A stretch of 64,000 nucleotides of DNA from Negaprion brevirostris. Its lineage: Eukaryota. Positions 39,908 to 51,750 of the stretch are shown here, in pieces. Position 1 is the stretch's first letter. Each line of letters starts with the position of its first letter. The position numbers and the translations under genes are program-made. The stretch covers positions 21,425,313-21,489,312 of the forward strand of contig JARDVH010000150.1 in assembly GCA_030324005.1 (NCBI GenBank), in the 5' to 3' direction. The notes beneath the pieces were generated by a model. It saw nothing but the letters and a program-made list of their open reading frames with translations, was not told the origin of the DNA and ran no database searches.

Positions 39908-40160
39908 TGGGAATTCATCAGAACAACATATTTTATTAGCACAAATAATTTGCATAACTCTGGAATCTTTCACATTCTCAGGACTCTCCGTGTGCTTCAC
40001 GGTCAGTGAATTACTTTTAAAGGTCATTTTTGAGTAGACAGAATTGTAGCGAGAGCCTACAGTCAGAAGGCATTGAATGATCGGTAAACCAAGACCACCG
40101 ATTCAACCATTACAGAGCAACTGAATTTTGTGTTTTTATTAAGTTCACAAATGATTGTGA
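39908..40160 (+). repeat. Local direct duplication, copy 1 (ends at a 10-N gap)
   Basis: Aligns to 40833-41087 with 8 substitutions and one 2-nt indel. Confidence 0.95.
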
Positions 40161-40686
40161 NNNNNNNNNNTTTGTTTTATTACAGCACCTTGAACAATTG
40201 TGCAGAATTATTAATGAATATGGTCAAGGAATGTAAGTTTTTGCCCTGCCCCCAAAAGGTTACAAAATTCTAGAATCTTGTGCCGCGAAAAATGAATTTG
40301 CTTTATTTAGCTCTGTCTGTTATGTTTCAGTTGGCAAAAAAAAATTGCTGGGTATTGAGATTGTTAGCATGACAAACTCTAAGGCAGTGCTATCAAAATG
40401 TTTGTAGGCGTACTGGATGTTCTATGCTAATTGAGGTTAGTGATGAGGGCAAGGGATATGAAATGCCCATTTTATGTTGAGGGGACCTCTTCAAGTATTC
40501 AAAACTTTTGTGATTATGATCATGTAAATTGTAAAAATACAATTTATTACGAAATCTTTTGAGGTGATTTTTGAGAAGTATTTGAGTTAAAATGGCAAAT
40601 AGTGCAGAAATTGAGATTTAAGACCATGAACCAGTTTTTTTAAGGTGAGTATTTGCGTAACAAAATTCCTTTGTCGTCCAATGCAG

Positions 40687-40789
40687 GTCTATGCTTCAAC
40701 ATCAAGTGAGGAATATAGTAGAGATTCAGCTGGATATTCTTCATCCAAACCTTCAGGTTCTGTATTTCCAGGCTCCTTCTATATCCAAG
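40687..40789 (+). CDS. tcf3: TCF3 coding exon (~exon 9): VYASTSSEEYSRDSAGYSSSKPSGSVFPGSFYIQ
   Basis: atgcag| acceptor and G|gtaaaa donor; 103 nt, phase 0 to 1. Confidence 0.95.
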
Positions 40790-40832
40790 GTAAAAGGCTA
40801 ATTTCTGATAACTGAATTAATCAACATTGAAC

Positions 40833-41087
40833 TGGGAATTCATCAGAACGACAGATATTTTATTAGCACAAATAATTTGCATATCTTTGGAATCTTTCAC
40901 ATTCTCAGGACTCTCCGTGTGCTTCACGGTTAGTGAATTACTTTTGAAGGTCATTTTTGAGTAGACAGAATTGTAGCGAGAGCCTACAATCAGAAGGCAT
41001 TGAATGATCGGTAAATCAAGACCACCGATTCGACCATTACAGAGCAACTGAATTTTGTGTTTTTATTAAGTTCACAAATGATTGTGA
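40833..41087 (+). repeat. Local direct duplication, copy 2
   Basis: Aligns to 39908-40160; begins 43 nt after the exon donor at 40789. Confidence 0.95.
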
Positions 41088-41150
41088 AAATATGTCTAAT
41101 CGAGCTTTTGAAAAGTCTGTTTTCTGGAGGAAACCACTACTTGTTAACTT

Positions 41151-41335
41151 GAAATAAAAACTGAAAATGCTGAATAATGCATCAGGTCTGGCATCATCAC
41201 TGAAGAGAGAAACAGTTAACATTTTGATTCTATATAACTTCTTCAGAAGAAATGTTAACTCTGTTCTCTCTCCACAGATGCTGCCAGACCTGTTGAGTTT
41301 AACCAGCATTTTCTGTTATTTCAGCTTTCCAGCAT
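41151..41335. repeat. Palindromic Penelope terminal-repeat mini-element
   Basis: Left arm gaaaatgctg..caggtctggca..gagagaaacagttaacatt is the reverse complement of right arm aatgttaactctgttctctc..tgccagacctg..cagcattttc. Confidence 0.75.
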
Positions 41336-43090
41336 CAGCAGTATTTTGCGTCTATTGTTATCTTGTGTAGTTCTAATTTTATACATTCTCATTGCTTGAA
41401 AACACCTCCGGAATATTACCCAAACAAATTAAATGGAAAAGAAACTCAATACCACCAAAAAGAAATCTAAATTGATACACTGCTAGAACTGAAGTTACTC
41501 ATAGAAGTTCATTGTAAAAAAAAAAATTCTACAGGAAAGCTAGTCCCATCAAGGAAAAACAATAAGAGATTAAACTTGAGGATTGGGGTCTTCCTTCTCT
41601 GTTCTGCAAATATTGGTCAAAACCATTGCAGCCCAAGAATATTTGCAGATGCTTTGAGCCTCGCAGATCTTCTCAAACCAGTTTTTTCCATTGTGCCCCT
41701 GCATAATTTATTTGTTTTATGTATCTTGGCTGACAGTTTTGATTAAAGAGCCAAGAATGTCTTGTAAATGTGATGGTCAAGTACAGCAAGTCTTCCTGCA
41801 GTCTAACCTGAGGTACAAGAGAATTATGACAGTTCTTGTTGCTCTTATTGTCTTTGCACCAGCCATGCCAATTCTGGAACTGTGGAGTTGGTCTAATAAA
41901 GTTAAGTAATCAGTGGATAAAGGCATCAATCTCTGGCTGATGTTGCAGTTGATGCCATCTCAATGAGTTGATTCTTCACCTACCTCTTGTACAAAGAAAA
42001 ATCTTTCACTTAAGCAGGTTCAATGTGACAAATATTTAATAGGGATGTCCTAATTAGAACGACAGCGAACTCTTCCCTAGCCCACCATTGAAGTCTGAGG
42101 CTCCCTTGCCCTTGCACGCTTCAGCAGAACCGCCACTCAACTCAAATGCCCCCAGTCTCCGCTACACCCCCATCCATTCTGGGTGGAACAAAAATGAATC
42201 CTCCTCTCTTTCTCCCCCCTCCCCCTCCCCCAACTCCAAATGGGGCTCCTCCTGGGATGTGCCCCTTTGCACAGGTTGGCACTGCCAGGGTGGTGTTGAC
42301 ATAGAACATAGAACACTACAGCACAAACAGGCCCTTCGGCCCACGAGTTGCGCCGATCACATCAACACCTACNNNNNNNNNNNNNNNNNNNNNNNNNNNN
42401 NNNNNNNNNNNNNNNNNNNNNNNNNNNNNNNNNNNNNNNNNNNNNNNNNNNNNNNNNNNNNNNNNNNNNNNNNNNNNNNNNNNNNNNNNNNNNNNNNNNN
42501 NNNNNNNNNNNNNNNNNNNNNNNNNNNNNNNNNNNNNNNNNNNNNNNNNNNNNNNNNNNNNNNNNNNNNNNNNNNNNNNNNNNNNNNNNNNNNNNNNNNN
42601 NNNNNNNNNNNNNNNNNNNNNNNNNNNNNNNNNNNNNNNNNNNNNNNNNNNNNNNNNNNNNNNNNNNNNNNNNNNNNNNNNNNNNNNNNNNNNNNNNGAA
42701 TCCTGAATTTCTCGTGAATTTGATTGGTGTCCGTGGGCTTAATGTTAGAGGGATCTGTTTGAAATTAATCTTTGTATCCATGCAATTTTGAGCCCAGAGC
42801 TTTTGCTACATGTATGTAGTCATGGTAACCTAAATGTATTTGCAGAGGTTTCAGATGCACTTAAGGCAGTTGAGTATCCTCACACCAGTGAGCCAAAAGA
42901 GACTTGTATACCACATGGAATTGAATTACAAAGTTCTTGTGGAGCTGGAGAAGCTCCAAATTGAATCTTCCTAGGGTATCCACTTCATAACTTCAGTTAA
43001 ATTAAACTTTCCAGGGGCAGAGTTTTTTCTGTGTTCTATAGTTCTTTTTTCCCCCAAAATGCAGTATTTAAATGGACCATAAATCCCTTA

Positions 43091-43210
43091 AATAAAAAGG
43101 AAAATGCTGGAAATACTCAACAGGGCTGGCAGCGTCTGTGGAGACAGATACAGTGCTAACGTTTCGGGTCTGTGACTTCATCAGAATTTCCAGCAGCTGC
43201 AGCACTTAGC
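43091..43210 (-). mobile_element. Penelope terminal-repeat fragment with a hammerhead-like core
   Basis: Minus strand 43188-43153: aatt-CTGATGA-a-gtc-aca-gac-cc-GAAA-cg-TT-agc. Confidence 0.7.
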
Positions 43211-44499
43211 TTATGTAGTTGTTTCCTCAGACATTTAGTATAGTTAATTGTTCTATTTCGGACTGTTTGTCATTCTCACAAACTCCTTTAAAGCCATGAG
43301 CACCCCTCGTCTGAGTTTTATACGGCCTAAGTTGACCCTGAAAACATGCACTATATTCTCTGCCTCAATCCAAGGATTTTGGTAACAGGACGTGGAATTC
43401 ATTTAGGGTTGTATGCACCCTTGATGCAACTTGCAAGTCAGCTATTAGCTTAACATGTGTCTTACCGGAACGTAAACATCGTGGGTAATTTTCCAAGTAT
43501 TGTGTTGTCCACAAACGCAGCTATATATCACAAGCATTTGAAAAGATCTGCTGTCTGGCTTGAGGATTCTGCCATTTGCAGCATCTCCATAAACTGGTTA
43601 CAGAACATGATTAAAGACCAGTCCCTTTTAGCAGACAAGTTGGAGCCAAATTTCTTTCTTTTAAAAAAAAATTTGGAAGAAAATATCCCTCTGGCTGTGA
43701 GTATCAAATGAATGAGAAAATAAGTTCCATTTAGTTTTAGTCTGCCAATTTTTTTTTGAATTGTACAAGAACAAAACACCACAATCCTGCTAAAGTTTTC
43801 CACATACTGGATATATTGGGCATCTTTGGAGAAAAGCAAAACACTGGAGATCGAAAATAAAAGACAAAAGTGCTAGAAAAACACAACCAAAGCAGGAATT
43901 TTCAGTCGTCCAACCTGTGGCGTGTTTTCCGTTGGTGGAGGCTGCTCACCATTGGCCATTAGCAGGATCGTCTGGTCTCGCATGTCTACAGCATTTTGTG
44001 TGACTTGCCCAACCTACTACGTTGGTTCGCCTTTGGATCCGGAAGGTCCCCACCCAGAGTTGAGGTTTCAAGTTCGATGTGACTCGACAGAACTTGTATA
44101 TGCTTCAAACAAGAGTCGCACTGGATTCAAAATGTTAATGTTTTCCTCTCCACAGATGCTGCCAATCTTGCTGAGTTTTTCTAGCATTTTCTGTTTTATA
44201 TCTTTGCTGAAAACTGGCGTTGTTTTAGAATGGTCTTCTGCTGTATGCAAAATTAAATTGCACTTTAAAAGACTTAATAGTCTACCGTCTGTTATTTAAT
44301 GAGGGGTGACATTTTTGTGTTGATTTGTCACTTTACCTTTTAATTAAAAGACTGATTAGAGGTGTAGCTGAATGGGTATGAAAAAACACCAAGGAAGAAA
44401 AATTGACCAATTTCTAATGACTTGCCTTCGTGTGCACAAAGGAAATGAAACACTTTTTCCTTTCTGACCAGGAAAACAAAACACTCTGGTTGGTGGAAA

Positions 44500-44940
44500 T
44501 GTGAATTGAAAACAAGAAATGCTGGAAGTACTTGGCAGGTTCGGAAACACCTGTAGAGAGTGAAAACAAAGTTGATGTTTCAGATTTGTGACCTTTCATC
44601 AGAACTGAGAAAAGTTAGAAATGTAATAGGTTTCGAGCAAGCAAAAGGGGAAGTGAGAGAAGGACAACTAAAAGGAAGGTCTATGATTGGAGTTTAAAAG
44701 AGATTAAATGACAATAGTTTTAATGGCACAAAGCCAGTGGAGTGGTAATGGGAAGGAAGATGGAAACCAATGAAGGTGAGCAAGGTGCAAGAGACACCCT
44801 TTGGCTTTTGTCATGTAATCTCTCCTTGCCTCTGCACGATGCACTGACCATCCATTTTGCTGAACTCTTCCCTCTCTCTTCACCCCCACCCTCCATCCCC
44901 TGCACCTTAGCTGTTTCCAGCATTTTCTGTTTTTATTCCT
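44500..44940 (-). mobile_element. Penelope 3'/terminal-repeat remnant with a hammerhead-like core and a short inverted arm
   Basis: Minus strand 44606-44570: AGTT-CTGATGA-a-AGGT-cacaa-ATCT-GAAA-c-ATC-AACT; inverted arm ttccagcattttctgttttta near 44915-44936. Confidence 0.7.
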
Positions 44941-45544
44941 TTTCTAGTCACTTAGCACTTAATGGGATGAGGTATGTATTATTAGATGCAATTTAAAGTT
45001 TTTAGTCAGGTTTAACAGTGGTGCTAATTCAATCTTGAAAAGGTCTGTCCCCTAATTGTTCATTTTAACATATTAGATCTTCCTCTGGCCTATCTGACTG
45101 AATTTGTGCAATTGTGGTCAATTAAGGCAATTTTTTGTCTATGGGTTTAGAGCCAGTAGGATCTGGATTAGGATTATGAATTTATCCAACATTAGGGGGA
45201 AAAGCATTTGCCACCTGCCTGCCCCCCCACCCACCCACCCACAATAAACTGGATTCAACCCCATTAACAGGTGAAGCGCATGTATAATCTGCTGTATCGG
45301 GTCCCAAAAAGATTTTCTTCCTGCACCAATATGAATTGATTCCAATTATCTCCATTAGATTGTCGGATTTTTGCATGGAATGTAAAAAACATTCTGAAAG
45401 AACAAAAATGCTTCAGCTGAAAGTGATTGACTTATTTTACTTTGTTTTGTATGAGTTTTAAGATCAACTTTTTTTATAGTTAGATGTGTGAATGACCTTG
45501 TATTCCTGTGAGCCACAGTGTTGAAGTTTTTTGTTGTATTTTAG

Positions 45545-45684
45545 ATGGTATTCACAATGGTCCTGATGTTTGGAACTCATCCAGTGGAATGGGTCAGCCA
45601 GGATATGGAGGTTTGATGGCAAATTCTTCATCCCATTTGTCTCAATCTGGTGGCTACAGCAACCTTCATCCACAAGAACGCCTG
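45545..45684 (+). CDS. tcf3: TCF3 coding exon (~exon 10): (D)[46 protein letters not shown]
   Basis: ttttag| acceptor and CTG|gtaagt donor; 140 nt, phase 1 to 0. Confidence 0.95.
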
Positions 45685-45797
45685 GTAAGTATGCTTTGCC
45701 TTCTGAATAATGATCCTAAGTTGGAAATGCTTGCTTATCCATTCAATTTTAAGAAAATATGAAAATGTTTCTTTTGGTAGTACAGGATGCTCGCAAA

Positions 45798-46135
45798 AGG
45801 TGGCGATGGTTAGCATTGTTGCCTCCGTGCCAGGGACCAAGGTTCGATTCCAGCCTTGGGTATCTGTCTGTGTGGAGTTTGCATGTTCTGCTCCTGACTG
45901 CGTGTTTCCTCCAGGTGCCGCGTTTCCTCCCACAATGCAAAAATGTGCAGATTAGGTGGATTGGCCATGGTAAATTGCCCCTTAGTGATCAAGATGTGTG
46001 GGATAAGTAGATTATCAATAGTAAATGTGCGTGATTACAGGGAAAGGGCAGGGGTGGGCCTGGGTGAAATGCTCTATCAGAAAGTCAGTGCAGACTTGAT
46101 GGGTTGAATGGCCTCTTGGACTGTAGGAATTACAT
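45798..46135 (+). mobile_element. HE1-like V-SINE, near full length
   Basis: A box ggtggcgatggttagc, B box ggttcgattcc, core tgtgtggagtttgcatgttct, tail ctgtaggaatt. Confidence 0.85.
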
Positions 46136-48654
46136 GTTTCACGTGGTAAAACTGTTGTTGCAAGTTTCTGAGTATCATGCTTGGATTTTTAAAAGCTATT
46201 TTATTCTTAAGTTAATTGATTTGTAGTTGTGTTATCAATCTGTTGTAAACCAGTGCTGAAAATGTGAACACAGATTATGGTATCATTCATTTGTTTAACT
46301 TCTGGAATAATAGTTTTTCTGAGTAACCTCATAAAATTATTTCAGAATTGTTTGAGGTAATCTGAGCAAACCAAAGCTATTAAAGAACTTCTTTAAAATG
46401 AAAACTTAACTGTATTTGTGGCTTAGCAAGTTACTTTGAATGTTTAATTTTAAATATTGCATGTGTACTCTGGTGCTTTGTGCTTAAATGAATTATGGGT
46501 TATTTGTGGGCTTGGATACAAGTGTTTGTAGTAGAAGTCAGGTAAAGTCATGGTTCTAAAAACCTTCAGGATTTTATAATTGCAAAACAAGATCAGAAAG
46601 TTTTGATAGCTTTTTAATAATCCTCTTTTATTCATCTGTCAATAATAGTGGACAAGTTAAGTTGCATTTAGTTTTTATTTAGACCAGATATTTTTCAGTT
46701 GTAGGATAATATACTTGCATTTGTATATTGCCTAATGTCAGTGTCTTGACTGTCTATTACAGTGAATCACTCTTGAAGTGCACTGTTCTGTAAGCAACAT
46801 TAGCTGTTAATGCCAGAAGAGTTTCTTGGCACCTTTCACTTCTCCACACTTTTTTTTCTCACGCCGCCGCCACCACCACCCCCACCCCAGCCCCCGTACG
46901 ATAATGTTCATCTTTTCAGGGGATAGGTATTCGTATCCAATATGAATTCCTTGGTCCAATTGCACAGTTTATTTTCTTTGAAGGTCATTTTGAAGAAAAT
47001 GTCAAAATAAGAATATTTTAAGCCTACGCCCCCTGACAGTCATAATGCCTCAAGCTGTACTGGGGCTAAGCCACAAAGGAATATGATGATCCATCAAAGC
47101 CAATTTTTAGGTGATCCCTTGTTAGATTACGACTCACTTTGTTTAAAGCGAAAATTTAATTCTTCCGCATTAACTGTAAACTCATTCATGACTTTGCATG
47201 CAGCTCTGCAATCTCAAGAATGTGAAAACTGTATTTTTTTAGAAGTTGTGGCTATTATTAATGAGGCTTGAAATTGTCCTGTTTGTTTTCAGGTCAACAG
47301 GAGCAGGCAAAGTGCTCTGAAATGAAAAATTAGTTATTGTGATAGATTTGAATTTCACATTCTCAGCCTGTACATGGATTCTAGAGGGGAAAAAATGAAT
47401 TCTCTGTACCTGTTTAAACAAAAACAAACAATTTTGCTAACATTTTTATTTCACCTGTTTTGTAGCCCTAGACACTAATTATGGCAAGTTGAAAGACTAA
47501 AATGAGCAGCTCAGGCAATTTATAGACACTGCACATAACAGTACCCAGCACTACTGTATTTCCAAAATTGTTGACCGATCTGGATCGGCGTCAGTGATTG
47601 AAAAAGCAGTTAATTTAATACTTTTTCCCCCAGTGTCTTTGCTTGTGTGTNNNNNNNNNNNNNNNNNNNNNNNNNNNNNNNNNNNNNNNNNNNNNNNNNN
47701 NNNNNNNNNNNNNNNNNNNNNNNNNNNNNNNNNNNNNNNNNNNNNNNNNNATCAAGGGATATGGGGTGGGGAGGAGGAGGAATCTAAATCTGTCTGTCAG
47801 TAGAGAAATTTAAATTTTCCATCATCTAAAAAGATTAAGTACAAAAGAAGCGTGATGTATTGGACAATGCAACTCATTGCCTATCTGAGGCATGGAAAGT
47901 TACATCAGCATTCAGAGATCAGATGTAATTTGGCCTGATGAAAAGTAATAATCTTTGAGCCATATGTAACAATGTACCTCAGCCTCCCAGGAACATTCCT
48001 GTACTGAATGAACATCTTTCCTATTAGAACCCTCGTATCTGAGTGATACTCCTAATTAGTGCTAAATTTGACCACTTTCATGTTATGGGTCATTACTATT
48101 AGCACCTCTTTAAAGATAATGAAGTTGCAGCGATTTTTTTAAAGACTAGGAATACCTTTGTGAAAGTGGTAGCCAGGCGTGGGCTCAGTCAGTGTCAAGT
48201 CTTTGTCCATTATATTTCTAAATTTGATAATTAGCCAAAATGATATAGATGTGTGTTTTTTCTTTCTTGTCATCTTGGCATTACAGTATGTCTCGACCGA
48301 GTTCCTCGTGAATAACAAAGGTTATTCCATGTAGTCTGTCTGGCCCCTTGAGCCAATTGCACAATTTAGTTAAATGATGGCTAATCTGAATCTTAACCAC
48401 ATTTATCCACCTTAATTCCGTATTGCTTGCCTAATGATACATGAAATCGCTCAATCTCCATTTTGATTTTTTCAATTGAGCTAGCATCAGCTTTTTGGGA
48501 GGGAGAAGAATTCCAGATTTTCTCTGCCTTTAGATCAGGATATTGATCGGCCATGGCCAAAATTAATGGTGGAGCAGACGTAAAGGGTTGAATGCTCTAC
48601 TCCTTCTAGTTTCTATGCCTTTAGTGTAAAAAAAATCCTGAAATTGCCACCTAA

Positions 48655-49000
48655 TTTTTTTATTCATTCGTGGGGCATGGGCATCACTATCTGGCCAGCA
48701 TTTATTGCCCATCCCTAATTACCTGAGGGCAGTTGAGAGTCAATCGTGTTGCTGTGGCTCTGGAGTCATGTAGGCCAGACCAGGTAAGGGTCCTTCCTTA
48801 AAGGACATTAGTGAACTAGATGGTTTTGATGATGATCAACAATGGTTTCAAGGTCATCAGATTCTTAATTCCAGATATTTTTTATTGAATTCAAATTCTA
48901 CCACCTGCTGAAGTGGGATTTGAACCTAGGTCCCCAGAACATTAGCCAAGTTTCTGGATTGATAGTCCAGTGATGATAACACTGAGCCATCGCCTTCCCA
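48655..49000 (-). mobile_element. tRNA-derived SINE with a LINE-like 3' tail
   Basis: Reverse-complemented head at the right end (gggaaggcgatggctcagtg..ggttcaaatccc); 3' tail shared with the LINE end at 27110. Confidence 0.75.
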
Positions 49001-51142
49001 TAAACAATTATCTAGCAGGGCAAAGACTCCTCGAGCAATTTATATTGAAACCGTGCATCCTCCCTCCACATGCATTACAGAAGCATGCAGCTTTTAAGAG
49101 CAGACTAGGAATTTTGAAGCTAACGAGCTTAAACATTGTGTACAGTTAATTTTTTTAATCATCTGCAGAAGTGTAGGAACTGGGAGTATTTTGGAAGAAT
49201 ATACAATAAATTTTATTATTTTCCTTCAAGTTGGATTAGCTATTTTGCTTTGAATTGTGTTTCAGGCTGTTAATTATGTAAAGAGACTTGTGGTTCTTGT
49301 ACAAAAAAAATTCATAGCTCAATTTATAACCATGGACCAGAATAAATGGAGACATAACCCCCAAATGAGTACATGTACTTGAAACCTGTCAGTAGCTCAA
49401 GGAGCACGTTCGGCTTTTGTGATTGTTTATAATCAGGGCCCACATCCACTTAATATTGTCCGCCCAAGTTTCTATAATTATATGTAGTGGGTTACTTATT
49501 TTTTCAAATCCTCTGAATTTGGTGTGCAGCTTTCAGAAGTTTTGCATTTCACTCAGACTCCTTGCACATCCTAACCAAGTAGGATGTGAAAGCAACTTAT
49601 TGTCAAAGGTGCAAATAGCCTCCTCCTAAAACTCTTGACCTTTCCTACTAAAAAGACTGACGAATAGTGCTTGTATAGAAGATATTGGTTGTAATTTGCA
49701 TTTTTTGTAGTTTCTCTACAAATACATTTTGTAAGTAGTATTCAAAATCTAAGATGGCGGTCAAATGTGCAATTGAAGCCAAAATATTGAGTATTTGAAG
49801 CGAGCCATATTTATTCAGTTGCTAAAGGTCAGATGCAAGGATTCATAAATGAAGCATTGGATTTCATTCTGATTTACAACACTGGCCTGTCATTGTTGAA
49901 ACATTAGTGGCATAATGTTTGAAAATACTTGTTTTTTTTTATTTTCTTCAACTCCTGAAGTTGTCTTGTTGCATGCATTTGTTTGTCGCCTCTTCAAAGA
50001 CTTGCATCACTACCACTTGATGACATACGGCTAGTAATCTCACTAGGAGGGCTAGGCACACACACGTTCATGCCTCATTCCGTAAGGAAGCAGTTCCTTC
50101 TGCTTGTCATTTGTCAAAGATGGCCTGATATTAGAAACCTGCATTGGGAAGTATGGGCGTGAACCTGTTCTTTCATTCAGCCATCCTTTCAACTTTTTAA
50201 ACATTACATAGTTCCTACGTCTTTTGAAAGGAATCAATGTCATTTTTTTGTTGAGGGGCAGAGATTGTTTGCATGCAGATAGGAAAGTATATTGCCTGCA
50301 CACACACTGGTTTATTGGGTAGCATTCTTTCATTATTAGATTTCCAAATGTGGCATATGGGGAAAGCCCTGAACCAGTATAGATTTTGTGATCAGCCTTT
50401 TACCCATTATATTTGAGATTGAGATAAGAGTAGTAAGTCAGATAAGGAGGGTAGAGTAATTAGTTGTACTTGTGTGGTAGTGTGCCTTTGAGAATTTTTT
50501 TTTAAATCATGTTCTGTGCATTTGTAAGTTGGCCTTTTGGTTTCATTGTGGGATTGGCTGTCTGTTAAACATCCTTTTATTACTGCTTCAATGGCTTAAA
50601 TAGGGTTTTGTTTGTTTTTATCCTGGACCTCCGGTACTTTGTGATCTTTTATGACCCTACATTGTGAGAGGGAAGATTAAGTCAAAGTCAGGTGACTCCT
50701 CTCCAGAAAAATCTAAGGATTCATTTTCAGTTTTAATTCAGAATAGTGTGGACATCAGATGGAAAAGTCGTGTTTCTGTCTCCTCCCTGGTATTGGAAAT
50801 TCTGCTGGCTAGCTGGAAGCAAGGCGTTCTGGCCTTCCTGGAGTGAAAAATCTGCTATTGGTTGGTGGCTTGCCTAAAGTGTGCAACTCTCTCACTCACT
50901 CTCTCACACTTCATGCTCCTGCTAGCCAAGTAAAAAAATTATATCCAAACAGACTTTTATAAGACAATTTAAGAGCATCATGCTATGGTTGATTATGCTG
51001 TATGCCTAACCCTAACTTTTAATTGTGATAAATCCAGGTTTTGAAGTTAACTTGTTCTAGGCACTTGAACTATGACCAATGTACCTTCAGCATTTAGAAA
51101 ATTGGTGAACGAGCTTTGTGCCACTACGTTCTTCTCTTGCAG

Positions 51143-51290
51143 AGCTACCCAATACACAGTGTGCCATCAACAGAAGTTAATGGAAGTCTTCCTTCTATGT
51201 CTGGTTTCCACTGTCCCAATAATGCAGGTTCGGCTGCGTACGGCGTCTCATCTCACACACCACCAATCAGCGGATCAGAAACCATCATGA
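51143..51290 (+). CDS. tcf3: TCF3 coding exon (~exon 11): SYPIHSVPSTEVNGSLPSMSGFHCPNNAGSAAYGVSSHTPPISGSETIM
   Basis: ctcttgcag| acceptor and A|gtatgt donor; 148 nt, phase 0 to 1. Confidence 0.95.
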
Positions 51291-51403
51291 GTATGTATAG
51301 CTTTTTAATGCAAAATTACAGCACTCTTTTGATCTGTTCAGGACTATGAAGTACACGTTGTTATCCATATCTTGATAGAAAGTAGGGATCCTAAGAACTT
51401 AAT

Positions 51404-51750
51404 AGCAGTATGGTGGCACGGTGGTTAGCGTTGCTGCTTCACGGTGACGGGGGCCTAGATTCAATTCCAAATTTTGGGTGACTGTGGAGTTTGCACATTC
51501 TCCCCATGTCTGCATTGCCTCTGGATGCTCCAGTTTCCACCTGCAGTCCAAAGCTGTACAGCTTGGGTAGATTGAGCACATAAATTTGCCTGTTAGTGTC
51601 TCAAGATGTGTGGGTTGGGGGGAGGGAGGGGTTCAGTGGGGTAAACATGAGGGTTTAGGAGGATAGGGTCTGGGCACAGTACTCTGTTGCAGAGTCAGTG
51701 CAGACTCAATGGGCCGAGTGACCACCTGCACTGTAGGGATTCTATGGTTC
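51404..51750 (+). mobile_element. HE1-like V-SINE, near full length
   Basis: ggtggcacggtggttagc head, gtggagtttgcacattctcccc core, cactgtagggattctatg tail. Confidence 0.85.

Noticed and set aside
39908-39985. Type II hammerhead on the minus strand of the duplicated unit (GAAA...CTGATGA)
   Set aside because: Stem II does not abut GAAA, and no stem I, stem III or NUH site can be formed.
39975-40160. H/ACA or C/D snoRNA in the duplicated unit
   Set aside because: An ACAGAA H-like box exists, but there is no clean two-hairpin/ACA end or C box, and the sequence is largely explained as a decayed Deu-SINE tail. It is kept only as an alternative in the findings.
26295-40686. HEBAlt/TCF4-A type alternative first exon (MYCAY..PGMG.NSLMYYYNGK)
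   Set aside because: Not found by eye. The YNGK at ~29910 has an in-frame stop just upstream and no suitable ATG or donor. Small N gaps remain, but absence fits TCF3.
45628-46010. Cluster of overlapping ORFs on both strands
   Set aside because: GC-richer SINE sequence with few stops; not protein coding.
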